Notes under the pieces: generated by a model
What the model was told of the DNA's origin: nothing
The model's input: the letters and a program-made list of their open reading frames with translations, nothing else
Database searches by the model: none
Assembly: GCA_963719505.1 (NCBI GenBank)
Contig: CAVRCF010000002.1
Span: 1 to 64,000, forward strand
Direction: 5' to 3'
Length of the DNA: 64,000 bases
From: Halobacteriovoraceae bacterium
Lineage (GTDB): Bacteria; Bdellovibrionota; Bacteriovoracia; Bacteriovoracales; Bacteriovoracaceae
Shown: in pieces, positions 1 to 10,382 of the stretch
Layout of the letters: each line of letters starts with the position of its first letter
Numbering within the stretch: position 1 is the first letter of the stretch
Position numbers and translations under genes: made by a program

Positions 1-1355
1 CCATAGTCACCGGTATACGGATTGAAGTATTCCATCTCATACGAACTCAGTGGATGATTATCAACGGCGGCTTTTACTTTTCTTTCAACAATAAAGCTTC
101 GTCCCTGTTTCCCCATTACATTGACTAGCCCCATATGCCATGTTGCCGGATGAACTCCCACGCATCTTGGTTCTAGTTTTTTAGAGTAAGCATCAGGATA
201 TTTGTCATAGAATCTTCCGTAATTATCTTTTTTAGGTTTTTTCTCATTACAACGAAGACCCTGCATAATGATTCCACCGACAACGGCATCATTTCCTTTA
301 TTATCAACAAGCTTCTCACCTGATTTATTTGTAGGCTCAAACTTTGAGTCCTGAATGAGTGAGTTTGCCCAAAGAAGAGAGGCGATTGCTTTTAAATCAT
401 CTGGAAGGAAATCTAGTGATCTTCCATCGTGAAGTTTTACTGTCACTGTTCTTAGTGGTCTTGGAACAATTCCAGCAGCCGTTGCCCAACCGTGACAAAT
501 TCCTTCCCACAGTGCCATCATTGAATTTTTTCTTTTTAATGTATAAAAATCTTGATTCTCAACCGCTTCTGTCATTCCTTCTGGTAGAGCTGATACAATG
601 TCAGAATACTTTCCTTGGTTGACCATTCGTTGAGCAAAATATTCTGCGAGTCCGCCCCTCAGCTCAATGGCTTCAGGCATTGCTTCAAGAATTGATTCGT
701 ACTTTCCCTCTTCAACTAAAGCTTTCGCAGCTTCAAGACTTTTTCCACCGACTTTATCCAAGGAGGAGAGAAAGCCATATTCTTTTTGGGATCCCCACTT
801 TTGCATGTACTCCCAAACTCTATTTGTCAGGTCAAAGTTTGAGTCTCCAAGAAGCATATCGTATTTTTCAGATGGAGCTAGTGTATTTAAAAAGTCGCTG
901 CCGTAGATGAAGTTCCCTTGGGCATCGAGATTGTTAATATTTTTATGAAGCGTATTTTTTCTTCCTAAAAATTTTCTGTAGTTGTGTTTCCAGTCAAGAG
1001 TACTTCTGGTGTTTAAAGGGTTGAACGGGCTTTTATGAGTAAACCAAGACCCAATCATGCCCTGATTGAGAGGCCAATAAGTACTCATCCAAGGTTGGTT
1101 TTGTCTTTTCCTTCCATTGTTATCAATTTTGAAAGGCTTTCCTCGGGAGAGTTTATTGTATTCGATATCGTAAACATTCTTAATAAATGAGTCATCCTCA
1201 GAGAATCGAGCTCCATCGCTTAAGATTTTCTCAGTCGGCATTGGAACAAATGGATAAATGAGTGGATTATGTCTTGAGTTAACTTGGGCTTGCACGCCAG
1301 TAGCTAAATGACTTGATAAAAGAATAAAGCCGATGGCTTTAACTGATACATTCAT
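1..1355 (-). CDS. Exported transglutaminase-elicitor-like protein (GP42/TGase_elicitor-like), 3' end outside window
   Basis: Not in ORF track because truncated; translated by hand from ATG at 1355. Signal peptide MNVSVKAIGFILLSSHLATGVQA; motifs PWMSTYWP, LAPSEKYD, WEGICHGW (catalytic Cys-His), FYPDDLKA, HPATWH..VN, DNHP. Confidence 0.75.
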   Translation of the reverse strand, partial: MNVSVKAIGFILLSSHLATGVQAQVNSRHNPLIYPFVPMPTEKILSDGARFSEDDSFIKNVYDIEYNKLSRGKPFKIDNNGRKRQNQPWMSTYWPLNQGMIGSWFTHKSPFNPLNTRSTLDWKHNYRKFLGRKNTLHKNINNLDAQGNFIYGSDFLNTLAPSEKYDMLLGDSNFDLTNRVWEYMQKWGSQKEYGFLSSLDKVGGKSLEAAKALVEEGKYESILEAMPEAIELRGGLAEYFAQRMVNQGKYSDIVSALPEGMTEAVENQDFYTLKRKNSMMALWEGICHGWATAAGIVPRPLRTVTVKLHDGRSLDFLPDDLKAIASLLWANSLIQDSKFEPTNKSGEKLVDNKGNDAVVGGIIMQGLRCNEKKPKKDNYGRFYDKYPDAYSKKLEPRCVGVHPATWHMGLVNVMGKQGRSFIVERKVKAAVDNHPLSSYEMEYFNPYTGDY

Positions 1356-1570
1356 ACTTTCCCCTTATGTTTGTAGCCCACCTATCTATAATGGTGGTGT
1401 CAAAGCGACAATCAATTTAGGTACAATTATAATATTTACTTGCACTGAGGCTGTTAAGTCTCCGATATTACGTCAATGTTTAGAAAATTATACAACTCTG
1501 TATTGGCCATTTAATTTCAGTCAGTTATATCATTTCGTTAAGAGATTATTAAAAATTATAAGGAGATTTA

Positions 1571-2506
1571 ATGAAGAACCTACTGATGGCATTCGTCATG
1601 CTTTTTGGCTCTGTGGCTTATGCAGATTCCGTTGACGTACAAAGTTTCAATTACGATGGAACAAGTGAAATCGCAAACCTACTTTTAAATACAGAAAAAA
1701 CAAGAACAGAGTGGAGACAAGTAAGAGTTCCAGCAACTTGTTACAGAACGACATATAGAAGGCAGTGTACAACTCAAGGCCGAAGTTGCAGGACTCGATG
1801 TGATAGAAATAGAAGAAACTGCAGACAGGTGTGTACAGGTGGGAGAAGGATTTGTAGAGATGTTCCTGTAAGAATACCATACAACTGTTATAGAACTGAA
1901 AGTAGACCGTATGAGGTTCACGACTATGACGTTATCACAAATGCCATTTTAAACTTTGATTCTTCTGATGTTGATGGCGGAGCCGATGAAATTTTTAAAG
2001 TAAGAGTAGAAGGAGAGGCAGATGATCTTTCTGTTACTGACTCTAAAAACTATGCCATTATCCTTAAGAATAAGGACAGATCAGAAATTTCGAGAACAGG
2101 ACTAAAAGAAGTAAATGTCTCTTATGATATTAGCTTTGTTAAGACAAAAAGAATGAACGAAGTTCTTGGAGCAGGAATTCAAAATGTCAGTTACAAAAAT
2201 GGAGTTTTAGAATTTTCAGTTGGAAAAGGATTTAATACTCAAGAGTTCACTCAAAATATTCAGATATATAGATGGAGAAGATTTGGAACGGATCCTGTTC
2301 TTCTTGATAAAAATATCGCTGAAAATGAAATGGAAGTTTCTGCAGATGGGAACCAAAGTAGAGTTTCAATCGATTTAAGAAAACTTGGAATTAGCCTTCC
2401 TTCAAAAATGAGAGTTATCATGAAGACCAGTTATAACTTTGGAACTGGAGTCCTTCTCAATAAAGATCTTAAAGCTGAAGCAAGCGCAAATTGGATTTTT
2501 AGATAG
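1571..2506 (+). CDS. Secreted hypothetical protein with Cys/Arg-rich hairpin insert
   Basis: SD AGGAG; signal peptide ending AYA; 8-Cys Arg-rich segment at residues 57-106. Confidence 0.8.
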   Translation: MKNLLMAFVMLFGSVAYADSVDVQSFNYDGTSEIANLLLNTEKTRTEWRQVRVPATCYRTTYRRQCTTQGRSCRTRCDRNRRNCRQVCTGGRRICRDVPVRIPYNCYRTESRPYEVHDYDVITNAILNFDSSDVDGGADEIFKVRVEGEADDLSVTDSKNYAIILKNKDRSEISRTGLKEVNVSYDISFVKTKRMNEVLGAGIQNVSYKNGVLEFSVGKGFNTQEFTQNIQIYRWRRFGTDPVLLDKNIAENEMEVSADGNQSRVSIDLRKLGISLPSKMRVIMKTSYNFGTGVLLNKDLKAEASANWIFR

Positions 2507-2530
2507 TTTAAAAAAAGATAAAAGCATACT

Positions 2531-2561
2531 AGGGGAGAGGCAATTGTCTCTCCCTTTTTTT
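2531..2561. terminator. Intrinsic terminator, probably bidirectional, between convergent genes
   Basis: GGGAGAGGCAA/TTGTCTCTCCC inverted repeat followed by a T tract. Confidence 0.7.
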
Positions 2562-3753
2562 ACTTTGGAAGAAAGACCTCTTTTGGCTTTTTTCTCATAT
2601 TGTAGTGACTACTCATCGTATGTCCGTAAGCTCCTGTATCACAGATAATAACATAGTCTTGATCTGTCAATTTAGGCAACATTCTAGACGTTCCAAAGCA
2701 GTCAGCAGTTTCACAAATAGGGCCGACAATATCTGTTTCGACCAGATCTTTTGAGTCCACTGATGAGAAAATTTCGTGGTAAGCATCATAGAGTGATGGT
2801 CTCACAAAATCATTCATACCACCGTCAACGATGACAAAGCGACAGTCCTCACTCACTTTTGAGCGAATGACCTTAGAGACAAAAAAACCACAGCTTGCTG
2901 AGATAGATCGACCCGGCTCATAGACAACGGCGATATCTCCACATTTACTTTTGATAACTTTATTTACTCCAACAATATAGTCGTGAACTTTAGGCGCTTC
3001 ATCCTTTTTATAATTGATTCCAAGTCCTCCACCAACATCCAGAAATTTTAACTTTATTGGTAGCGCATTGGCACAGTCGCACATATTTTCAATGGCTTCA
3101 AAAGTGGCATCTAGATTCGTTAACTGACTGCCAATATGGATACTCAGTCCTACCAAATCAGTATGAGTCCAGTAACTCTCATTATTTGCAGCCTTCAAGA
3201 TATCATCTTTTAGAATTCCAAACTTATGAGTCTTATAGCCCGTAGAGATGTGTTTATGAGTTTTAGCGTGAACTTTAGGGTTAAGCCGAAAAGCGACTTG
3301 AGCTTTGACTTTCATTTTCTTAGCAAGAGCATTGATCATACTAAGCTCTTCTAAAGATTCTACGTTAAAGGAAAGTATTCCAGCTTTAAGACCTTCTTTT
3401 ATTTCTTTTTCAGTTTTACCCACTCCAGAGAAGACGATTTTACTTGCTGGAATTCCAGCTTTAAGGGCTTGCTTTAGTTCACCTCCAGAGACAATATCGG
3501 CTCCACTTCCAAGATTTGCAAGTGTTTTTAAAACATTGATATTATTATTGGACTTTAGAGCGAAGCAAAGAAGACCCTTTTGTTTCACAGCTTTTATGGC
3601 CTTTTCGAATTCATTGAAGTTATTTGTCAGCGCTCGTTCACTGTAAAGATAAAAGGGGGTCTTATTGCTTTTAACAATTTCGCTGAAATTGTATTTATCA
3701 ATATAGAGGTTTTTCTTTTTAAAGGTGACTAGTTTTCTTGTTGTATTTTCCAT
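2560..3753 (-). CDS. lysA: Diaminopimelate decarboxylase
   Basis: FALKSN PLP-lysine motif, GADIVSGGEL, HIGSQ, DVGGGLG, EPGR, GPICETAD, GAYG; start overlaps the end of pyrE. Confidence 0.95.
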   Translation of the reverse strand: MENTTRKLVTFKKKNLYIDKYNFSEIVKSNKTPFYLYSERALTNNFNEFEKAIKAVKQKGLLCFALKSNNNINVLKTLANLGSGADIVSGGELKQALKAGIPASKIVFSGVGKTEKEIKEGLKAGILSFNVESLEELSMINALAKKMKVKAQVAFRLNPKVHAKTHKHISTGYKTHKFGILKDDILKAANNESYWTHTDLVGLSIHIGSQLTNLDATFEAIENMCDCANALPIKLKFLDVGGGLGINYKKDEAPKVHDYIVGVNKVIKSKCGDIAVVYEPGRSISASCGFFVSKVIRSKVSEDCRFVIVDGGMNDFVRPSLYDAYHEIFSSVDSKDLVETDIVGPICETADCFGTSRMLPKLTDQDYVIICDTGAYGHTMSSHYNMRKKPKEVFLPK

Positions 3754-4342
3754 TGCGATATTATCGCAATTTGTTCATTTGTTAGCAAGCTCTCTTCTTT
3801 TGCATATAGAAGAAGAGCATCAAGATCACAAAGCGAGAAAAAGTCTATGTTTTGGGACTCAAACTCAACTCGGGCTTTATTAAAACCATAATTAAAGATT
3901 GAAAGGACAGCTTGCACCTCAAGGCTTGCATTAGTGGCTTCGACAGCCGCTGCAATGCTTGATTTTCCAGTAGAAATTAGATCCTCTATGATGAGAACTT
4001 TCTGGCCTGCTGAGACGTGCCCCTCTATTGCATTTTTAAGTCCATGTTCTTTAGAGCCTCCTCTTATATAGATCATAGGAACAGAGAGGTCATGAGCAAT
4101 CCAAGCAGCCAAGGGATTCCAGCAGTTGCAGTTCCGGCAATAAGGTCTGTGTCGGGAAAGTTTGTTTTTATATAGTCCACGAATTCATCTACAACAACCT
4201 TTCGATGTTGAGGATAAGAGATTATTTGCCTGTTATCACAGTAGATTGGAGACTCTATACCAGAGGTCCATGTAAAAAAATTATCTGGCTGAAGGTGAAC
4301 GGCTTTTATTTTTAAAAGAATTTCTGAGATTTTGGGATTCAT
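3729..4342 (-). pseudogene. pyrE: Orotate phosphoribosyltransferase, split by a 1-bp frameshift near 4110 (probably a sequencing indel)
   Basis: FTWTSGIESPIYCDNR, IAGTATAGIP in one frame; AAWIA, IEDLISTGKS (PRPP motif) in the next; adding one G (TGG GCT) restores the frame. Confidence 0.9.
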
Positions 4343-5049
4343 ATGAGCTCCTTCATAATATCTTTAAAAGCGTTCTTTGGTGAGCTCGCCTTGGTTATCG
4401 GTCGACCTATGACCAGGTAGTCACTACCTGCTGCTATAGCCTGGGCTGGTGTCATCACCCTTTTTTGATCATTGACCGATGAATTGAGTGGTCTTATGCC
4501 AGGAGTGATGCAAAGAAAATTTTGAGACGTCGTCTCTTTAATCATTTTAACCTCAAAAGCTGAGCAGACCACACCGTCAAGTCCACTGTTAAAGCATAGC
4601 TTTGAGAGGTGCAAAATATTTTGGCTAAGATTAATGTCGATTCCCATATCTTCTTTTAGGGAGTCTTCGGTCGTGCTAGTAAGTTGAGTGACGCCAATGA
4701 GCTTCGGTCTTAAAAGTTCAGGATGTTCAGCCATCGCTTCATTGACTCCTTCAACGGCTGCTTCCAACATTTGTTTTCCACCCCTTGCATGGACATTTAT
4801 TATATCGGCTCCAAGTTTGGTGATTACTTTTACTGAACTCTTTACTGTATTAGGGATATCGTGAAGTTTTAAATCTAGGAAAACTTTATAGTTCATCTCT
4901 TTGAGCTGAGTCACAATTTGTGGACCAAAAGTGTAGAAAAGTTCCATCCCAACTTTTACAAACTGGACTTCATCCTTAAGCTCTTTGAGTAAGGTGTCCA
5001 GAGATAATTGGTCTTGAGTATCTAAGGCGACGATGACCCTGTCTTTCAT
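4339..5049 (-). CDS. pyrF: Orotidine-5'-phosphate decarboxylase
   Basis: IVALD, KVGMELFY, FLDLKLHDIPNTV, VTQLTS, TPGIRP, DQKR, VIGRPIT. Confidence 0.96.
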   Translation of the reverse strand: MKDRVIVALDTQDQLSLDTLLKELKDEVQFVKVGMELFYTFGPQIVTQLKEMNYKVFLDLKLHDIPNTVKSSVKVITKLGADIINVHARGGKQMLEAAVEGVNEAMAEHPELLRPKLIGVTQLTSTTEDSLKEDMGIDINLSQNILHLSKLCFNSGLDGVVCSAFEVKMIKETTSQNFLCITPGIRPLNSSVNDQKRVMTPAQAIAAGSDYLVIGRPITKASSPKNAFKDIMKELI

Positions 5050-8000
5050 AAAGCCATCACTTGACTGGAATTAATCTCGATAACTTCTAGAAGAGCATTT
5101 GTCGTATCTAAAGAGGTCATACAGATGATTCCATTTTCAGCGGCGATTCGTCTCATTTGAAAACCATCACTTTCAACATTTTTTCCTTTCGTTATTGTGT
5201 TGATGATGATGTCTACATTTCCATTTCTTATTTCAAAGAGGATATCTCTATCAGCTCGTCCAATTTTTTCGACCTCGCTAACATAGAGGTCATTTTCTTT
5301 AAGAAACTTTGCTGTTCCACTGGTAGCTAAAAAGTTAAATCCACAAGCCGCAAATCGTTTAAGCATGGGAAGATTTTCTTCTTTGTGTTTATCTGCAATA
5401 GTGACAAGAATAGTTCCAGAGTCAGGGAACTTTCACTCCGGATGCGATAAAAGCTTTCTTCAATGCTTTTTGCATTGTAAGTCCTCGGCCAATGGCCTCT
5501 CCCGTTGATTTCATCTCTGGCCCTAAAGCTGTATCGACATCTTTTAACTTCGAGAAGCTAAAAACTGGAGCTTTTACGCTTACTTCATCCATCTCTGGTT
5601 TTAGACCGCTTTTGAAGCCTTGATCCTTTAAGCTCTCGCCCATAATGGCCCTTGTCGCGATTTGGGCCATAGGGGTGTCTGTCACTTTTGAGAGAAATGG
5701 AATTGTTCTTGAAGATCTAGGATTGACTTCGAGAACATAAACCTGCTCGGACTTTATGACAAACTGGATATTAATAAGCCCTATGTTTTTTATGGCATTA
5801 GCAATCTTGGTTGTTATCTGTATCAGTTGCTTTTGAACGGCAGTGGAGAGGTTCTGTGGGGGATAGACGGCAAATGAATCCCCGGAATGAACTCCCGCTT
5901 TTTCAATATGCTCCATAATCCCAGGAATATAAACATCAATACCATCTGTGATGGCATCAACTTCAACCTCTGTTCCAATCATATATCTGTCCATGAGAAC
6001 AGCTTCATTTGGCCAAACCTCTAGGGCGTTTTTCATGTAACGAGAAAGTTCAGAGTCGGAATAGACGATTTCCATAGCTTGACCACCGATGACATAACTT
6101 GGTCTAAGCATCAGGGGGTAACCAAGATCTTTACTCTTTAGGATTGCGGAATCAATATCCCTTACAGATGTACCAATGGGTTGAGCGATATCAAGTTTTC
6201 TTAGGAGGTGTTCAAACTTTTCTCTGTCTTCTGCCAGATCAATACTCTCTTTACTGGTTCCCAAGATCTTTACACCACGGCTTTCTAGCTCATCCACAAG
6301 ATTGATCGCGGTTTGTCCTCCAAACTGGGCAATGACTCCAACTGGCTTCTCCAGATTAATAATATGCATAACATCTTCAATATGAAGAGGCTCGAAATAG
6401 AGTTTGTCACTGGTGCTAAAGTCAGTTGAAACCGTCTCTGGATTATTGTTGATGACGATTGCCTCTATATTCATTTTCTGAAGGGCTTTAATGGCGTGAA
6501 CTGTAGAATAGTCAAACTCAACACCTTGTCCAATTCTAATCGGTCCAGAGCCAAGAACGATAACTTTCTTCTTATCACTTGGCTTTGATTCATTAACTTT
6601 CTCGTAGGTAGAATAGTAATAAGGCGTTGAAGATTCAAATTCGGCGGCACAGGTGTCGACCATTTTAAAGACGGAATAAGTCCCAGGGCTTTAACTTTTT
6701 CATCAATTTCTTTGATATTAATATTCGAATAGCTTGAAATGGTCTGATTAAGAAAACCATATTTTTTAGCTTTTTTATCGTCTCATCGGTCAGATCTTTT
6801 TGGGAAATATCTTGTTCAATTGTAGAGATGTTTTTCATTTTATCCAAAAACCACATATCAATTTTTGTGTTTTCAAAAATCTGTTTAATGGGGACATTTC
6901 TTCTGAAAAGCTCATGAGGATAAATAATCTTTCATCACAGCAATTTTTATGCGTTCTAATAAATGGTTTGTATCACTTTGACTAATTCTTTTGCATAAAG
7001 ATAGGGACGTTTTATCTCCAGTGAGCGCACAGCTTTTAAAAGCGACTCCTCAAAGTTTCGACCTATGGCCATCACCTCTCCAGTGGCTTTCATCTGGGTT
7101 CCAAGAGATCGGTCCGCACTTAAAAATTTATCGAAAGGCCACCTTGGAATCTTAGTTACTATATAATCCAGTGCTGGTTCGAAACATGCGTATGTCTTGC
7201 CTGTTACTCGGTTTATAATCTCATCCATGGAGTAGCCAATCGCGATTTTTGTCGCAACTTTAGCGATGGGATATCCAGTGGCTTTTGATGCGAGAGCCGA
7301 AGATCTTGAAACTCTAGGATTTACTTCAATGACATAGTAATTAAAACTATGGGGGTCTAGAGCTAATTGAACATTACATCCACCCTCAATTTTTAATGCC
7401 CGAATAAGCTTTAATGAACAATCTCTTAGAATTTGATACTCTTTATCTGAAAGCGTTTGACTAGGAGCCACCACAATGGAATCACCGGTATGAACTCCAA
7501 CGGGATCAAAATTTTCCATATTACAGACAACGATACAGTTATCTTTCGCATCTCTGACGATTTCATACTCAACTTCTTTAAAACCAGCGATACTTCTTTC
7601 AACGAGACATTGGTTTATGGGAGAATTTTTTAATCCGGAATCAACAATTCTCATGTAGTCATCATCATTGTAAGCGATTCCACCCCCCGTACCACCAAGG
7701 GTAAAAGCCGGTCTGATAATAAGAGGATAGCCTATCGTTTTGGCAAACTCTAAAGCTTCGGATAGATTACTAACTGTTTGACTGTCGGGAATAGGTTCAC
7801 CTAGTTTAAGCATGAGTTGCTTAAAGAGTTCTCTATCTTCAGCTTGCTCGATCGTGTTTAGATTAACACCTAAAAGTGCTTACTCTCTCTTTAGCAAAGA
7901 ATCCCTCTTGGGCCAAAGTTAGGGCGAGGTTAAGACCAGTTTGTCCACCAAGAGTAGGCAAGACAGCATCAGGTCTTTCTTTATAGATTATTTTTTTTAC

Positions 8001-8219
8001 AAACTCTGGAGTAAGGGGCTCCATATAAACTTTATCGGCTAAGCCTTTGTCAGTCATATAGGTGGCTGGATTTGAGTTAATTAGAATAGCTTCTATTCCT
8101 TCTTCTTTTAATGCTTCAATCGCTTGAGAGCCAGAGTAGTCAAACTCAGCAGCTTGGCCGATGACAATTGGTCCTGATCCAATGACGAGTATTTTTTTTA
8201 ACGTATTATCTTTTGGCAT
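5046..8219 (-). pseudogene. carB: Carbamoyl-phosphate synthase large subunit, broken into 5 track ORFs by about 7 single-base indels (probably sequencing errors)
   Basis: [81 protein letters not shown]-terminal MGS domain; indels near 7880, 6978, 6938, 6912, 6775, 6667, 5426. Confidence 0.93.
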
Positions 8220-9283
8220 TTTCATCCCTTACAAGTAGGTTGTAGAATTCATCAAATAAAAATTTGGTATCATTGGGGCCTGGGCTCGCTTCTGGGTGAT
8301 ACTGCACCGAAAATGCGTCTCGAGATTTATGTCTTAAGCCCTCAATCGTTTTATCATTTAAGTTGACTTGAGTAACTTCAAGTACTGTTTCGTCTATAGA
8401 CTTTGGCTCCACGGCATAGCCATGATTTTGAGAAGTAATATAGACTCTATCATTTTTAAAATCTAATACCGGGTGATTCGCTCCTCGGTGACCAAATTTC
8501 ATTTTTAATGTATTAGCATTATTGGCAAGGGCAAAAATCTGATGTCCCATACAAATCGCAAATAGGGGATAGGTTTCCTGAAGTTTTTTAATCGTCGGTA
8601 CGACGTGCTTTATATCCTTCGGATCACCGGGACCATTTGATAATAAAATTCCTTTAGGCTTAAAGGTTTTTATGGTTTCAAAGTCCGTATCAAAGGGGAC
8701 GATAATAACATCGCAGCCTCTTTCAAGAAGAGAAGTTAAAATATTTTTTTTAAATCCAAAGTCAACCAGCACGACTGTGGGACCTTTATGATTGGGAAAG
8801 TGCATGGGGCTTTTTACGCTGACTCTTCTTACTTGGTCAGTAAGTAAACTTTTAGAAAAATCAATTGAAGAAGAGTCTTTGACGATGAAGGCACTTCATT
8901 GAGCCATGATCTCTTATCTCTTTTGTGATCGCCCTCGTATCGACACCATAAATTCCAGGAATCTTATGACGCTTTAAAAAATTACTCATCGTCTCTTCGT
9001 TTCGCCAGTTACTAGGTTGATCACAGACCTCACTGACAACGACGGCATTGAGATGAGGTTTTAGGTTCTCGCTATCGCCTTGATTAAAGCCATAGTTTCC
9101 CTGAAGTGGATACGTCATAACTACAACCTGGTCACAGTAAGAGGGATCAGTGAAGATCTCTTGGTAACCTGTCATACTCGTATTAAAAACAATTTCTCCC
9201 AAAATGCTTTGCTCACTTTCATGGCCAAAAGAGAAGCCCTCGTATTCACTTCCATTTTCTAAAACTAATTTAATTTTATTCAT
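8206..9283 (-). pseudogene. carA: Carbamoyl-phosphate synthase small subunit, frameshifted near 8892
   Basis: GEIVFNTSMTGYQE..TDPSY, GVDTRAIT, then LSNGPGDP, ICMGHQ, KFGHRGANHPV, SQNHGY, QYHPEASPGP in a second frame; start ATG 9283 just after the pyrB stop. Confidence 0.92.
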
Positions 9284-9285
9284 CA

Positions 9286-10191
9286 CTACCTTTGTGGTTT
9301 TAACCAATCTAATATCGCCATTCTCGTATAGACACCATTTTCCATTTGTTTAAAAATTCTTGATCTATCACATTCAACGAGGTGATTGAGAATCTCAACA
9401 TCTCTATTCACAGGACCCGGATGCATAATGATCGATTTCTTTTTCATCAGAGATAGAAGCTCATCATTTAAACCAAAGTTTTTATTATAGTCTTTAATAT
9501 CGAGCTCAAACATTTGATGTCTTTCATGTTGAACTCTTAAAAACATAAGGGCGTCAGCTTCTTGTGCCGCCTCTTTTAAATTTACAACTTCACAGTGGGA
9601 GGGAAGATCTTTTTTAGCAGGAAGAAGACTCTGGGGCCCACTTAATAAAACGTTTATTCCAAGAAGCTTAAAAATATCAATATCTGACTTTGCGACACGA
9701 GAAGAATTTATATCTCCACAAATTGCCACTGTTAGCCCTTCAAGTTTTTTGAATTCTTCTTGTAGAGTAAAAACATCTAAAAGAGACTGACTTGGATGTT
9801 GATATTTTCCAGCACCTGCATTGATGACAGAATAGTTGAAATCTCCACAAATACTTTTGATGAAGTGATCATCAGAATGTCTAATAATTGCGGTGTCCAC
9901 ACCAAAGCTTTCAAAACTTTTTAAAGTATCATAAAGGGTTTCCCCTTTTGATAAAGAGGAGTTGGATTCACTAAAGTTTAAAACATGAGCGCCCAATCTC
10001 TTTGCGGCCACTTCAAAAGAAAATTTTGTTCTGGTAGAGTTTTCAAAAAAAAGATTGGCCACAACGTCACCGTGAAGACTCTGCTTGAAACTTTCTCTGT
10101 TTTTGATCTTTTGGGAATAAAATTGGGATTTCTCTAAAAGGGAATAAATACAATCAACTGTTAAATCATTAATAGCTGTTAGATGCCTGAT
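9286..10191 (-). CDS. pyrB: Aspartate carbamoyltransferase catalytic subunit; apparent non-canonical ATC start at 10191
   Basis: LFFENSTRT, SSLSKGETLYDT, HPSQSLLD, RVQHER, MHPGPVNR; frame stays open 43 codons upstream of the track start to ATC, preceded by SD AAGGAG and an in-frame TAA. Confidence 0.93.
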   Translation of the reverse strand: MRHLTAINDLTVDCIYSLLEKSQFYSQKIKNRESFKQSLHGDVVANLFFENSTRTKFSFEVAAKRLGAHVLNFSESNSSLSKGETLYDTLKSFESFGVDTAIIRHSDDHFIKSICGDFNYSVINAGAGKYQHPSQSLLDVFTLQEEFKKLEGLTVAICGDINSSRVAKSDIDIFKLLGINVLLSGPQSLLPAKKDLPSHCEVVNLKEAAQEADALMFLRVQHERHQMFELDIKDYNKNFGLNDELLSLMKKKSIIMHPGPVNRDVEILNHLVECDRSRIFKQMENGVYTRMAILDWLKPQR

Positions 10192-10382
10192 AAGAGAGCT
10201 CCTTTAAAAATTGAAAATGATTGAGTGAGAAAATGAGATTAGGGAGGTTTTTATCAACCAAGTTGGCACGTGAGCTTGTGTGTTGCATCAGATGTGTCAT
10301 ATACCCCAAAAGTGTACGTTTATTTATCCTAGATTGCTTAAATTCACTTAAAATGTCTAGTGAAAAATGCGATAATTCCTCC

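Noticed and set aside
359-1635. Short + strand ORFs (359-622, 667-906, 680-910, 1333-1635)
   Set aside because: Antisense shadows of the transglutaminase-like gene or spanning its divergent promoter region; no motifs
10264-10280. TGGCAC resembling a sigma54 -24 box
   Set aside because: No TTGC at the required spacing (reads TGGCAC-GTGAG-CTTG)
10221-10382. 54-aa N-terminal extension of UvrB in the ORF track, and ORF 10169-10414(-)
   Set aside because: UvrB homology begins at MAKANFNL (10383); the interval is the pyrB/uvrB divergent promoter region
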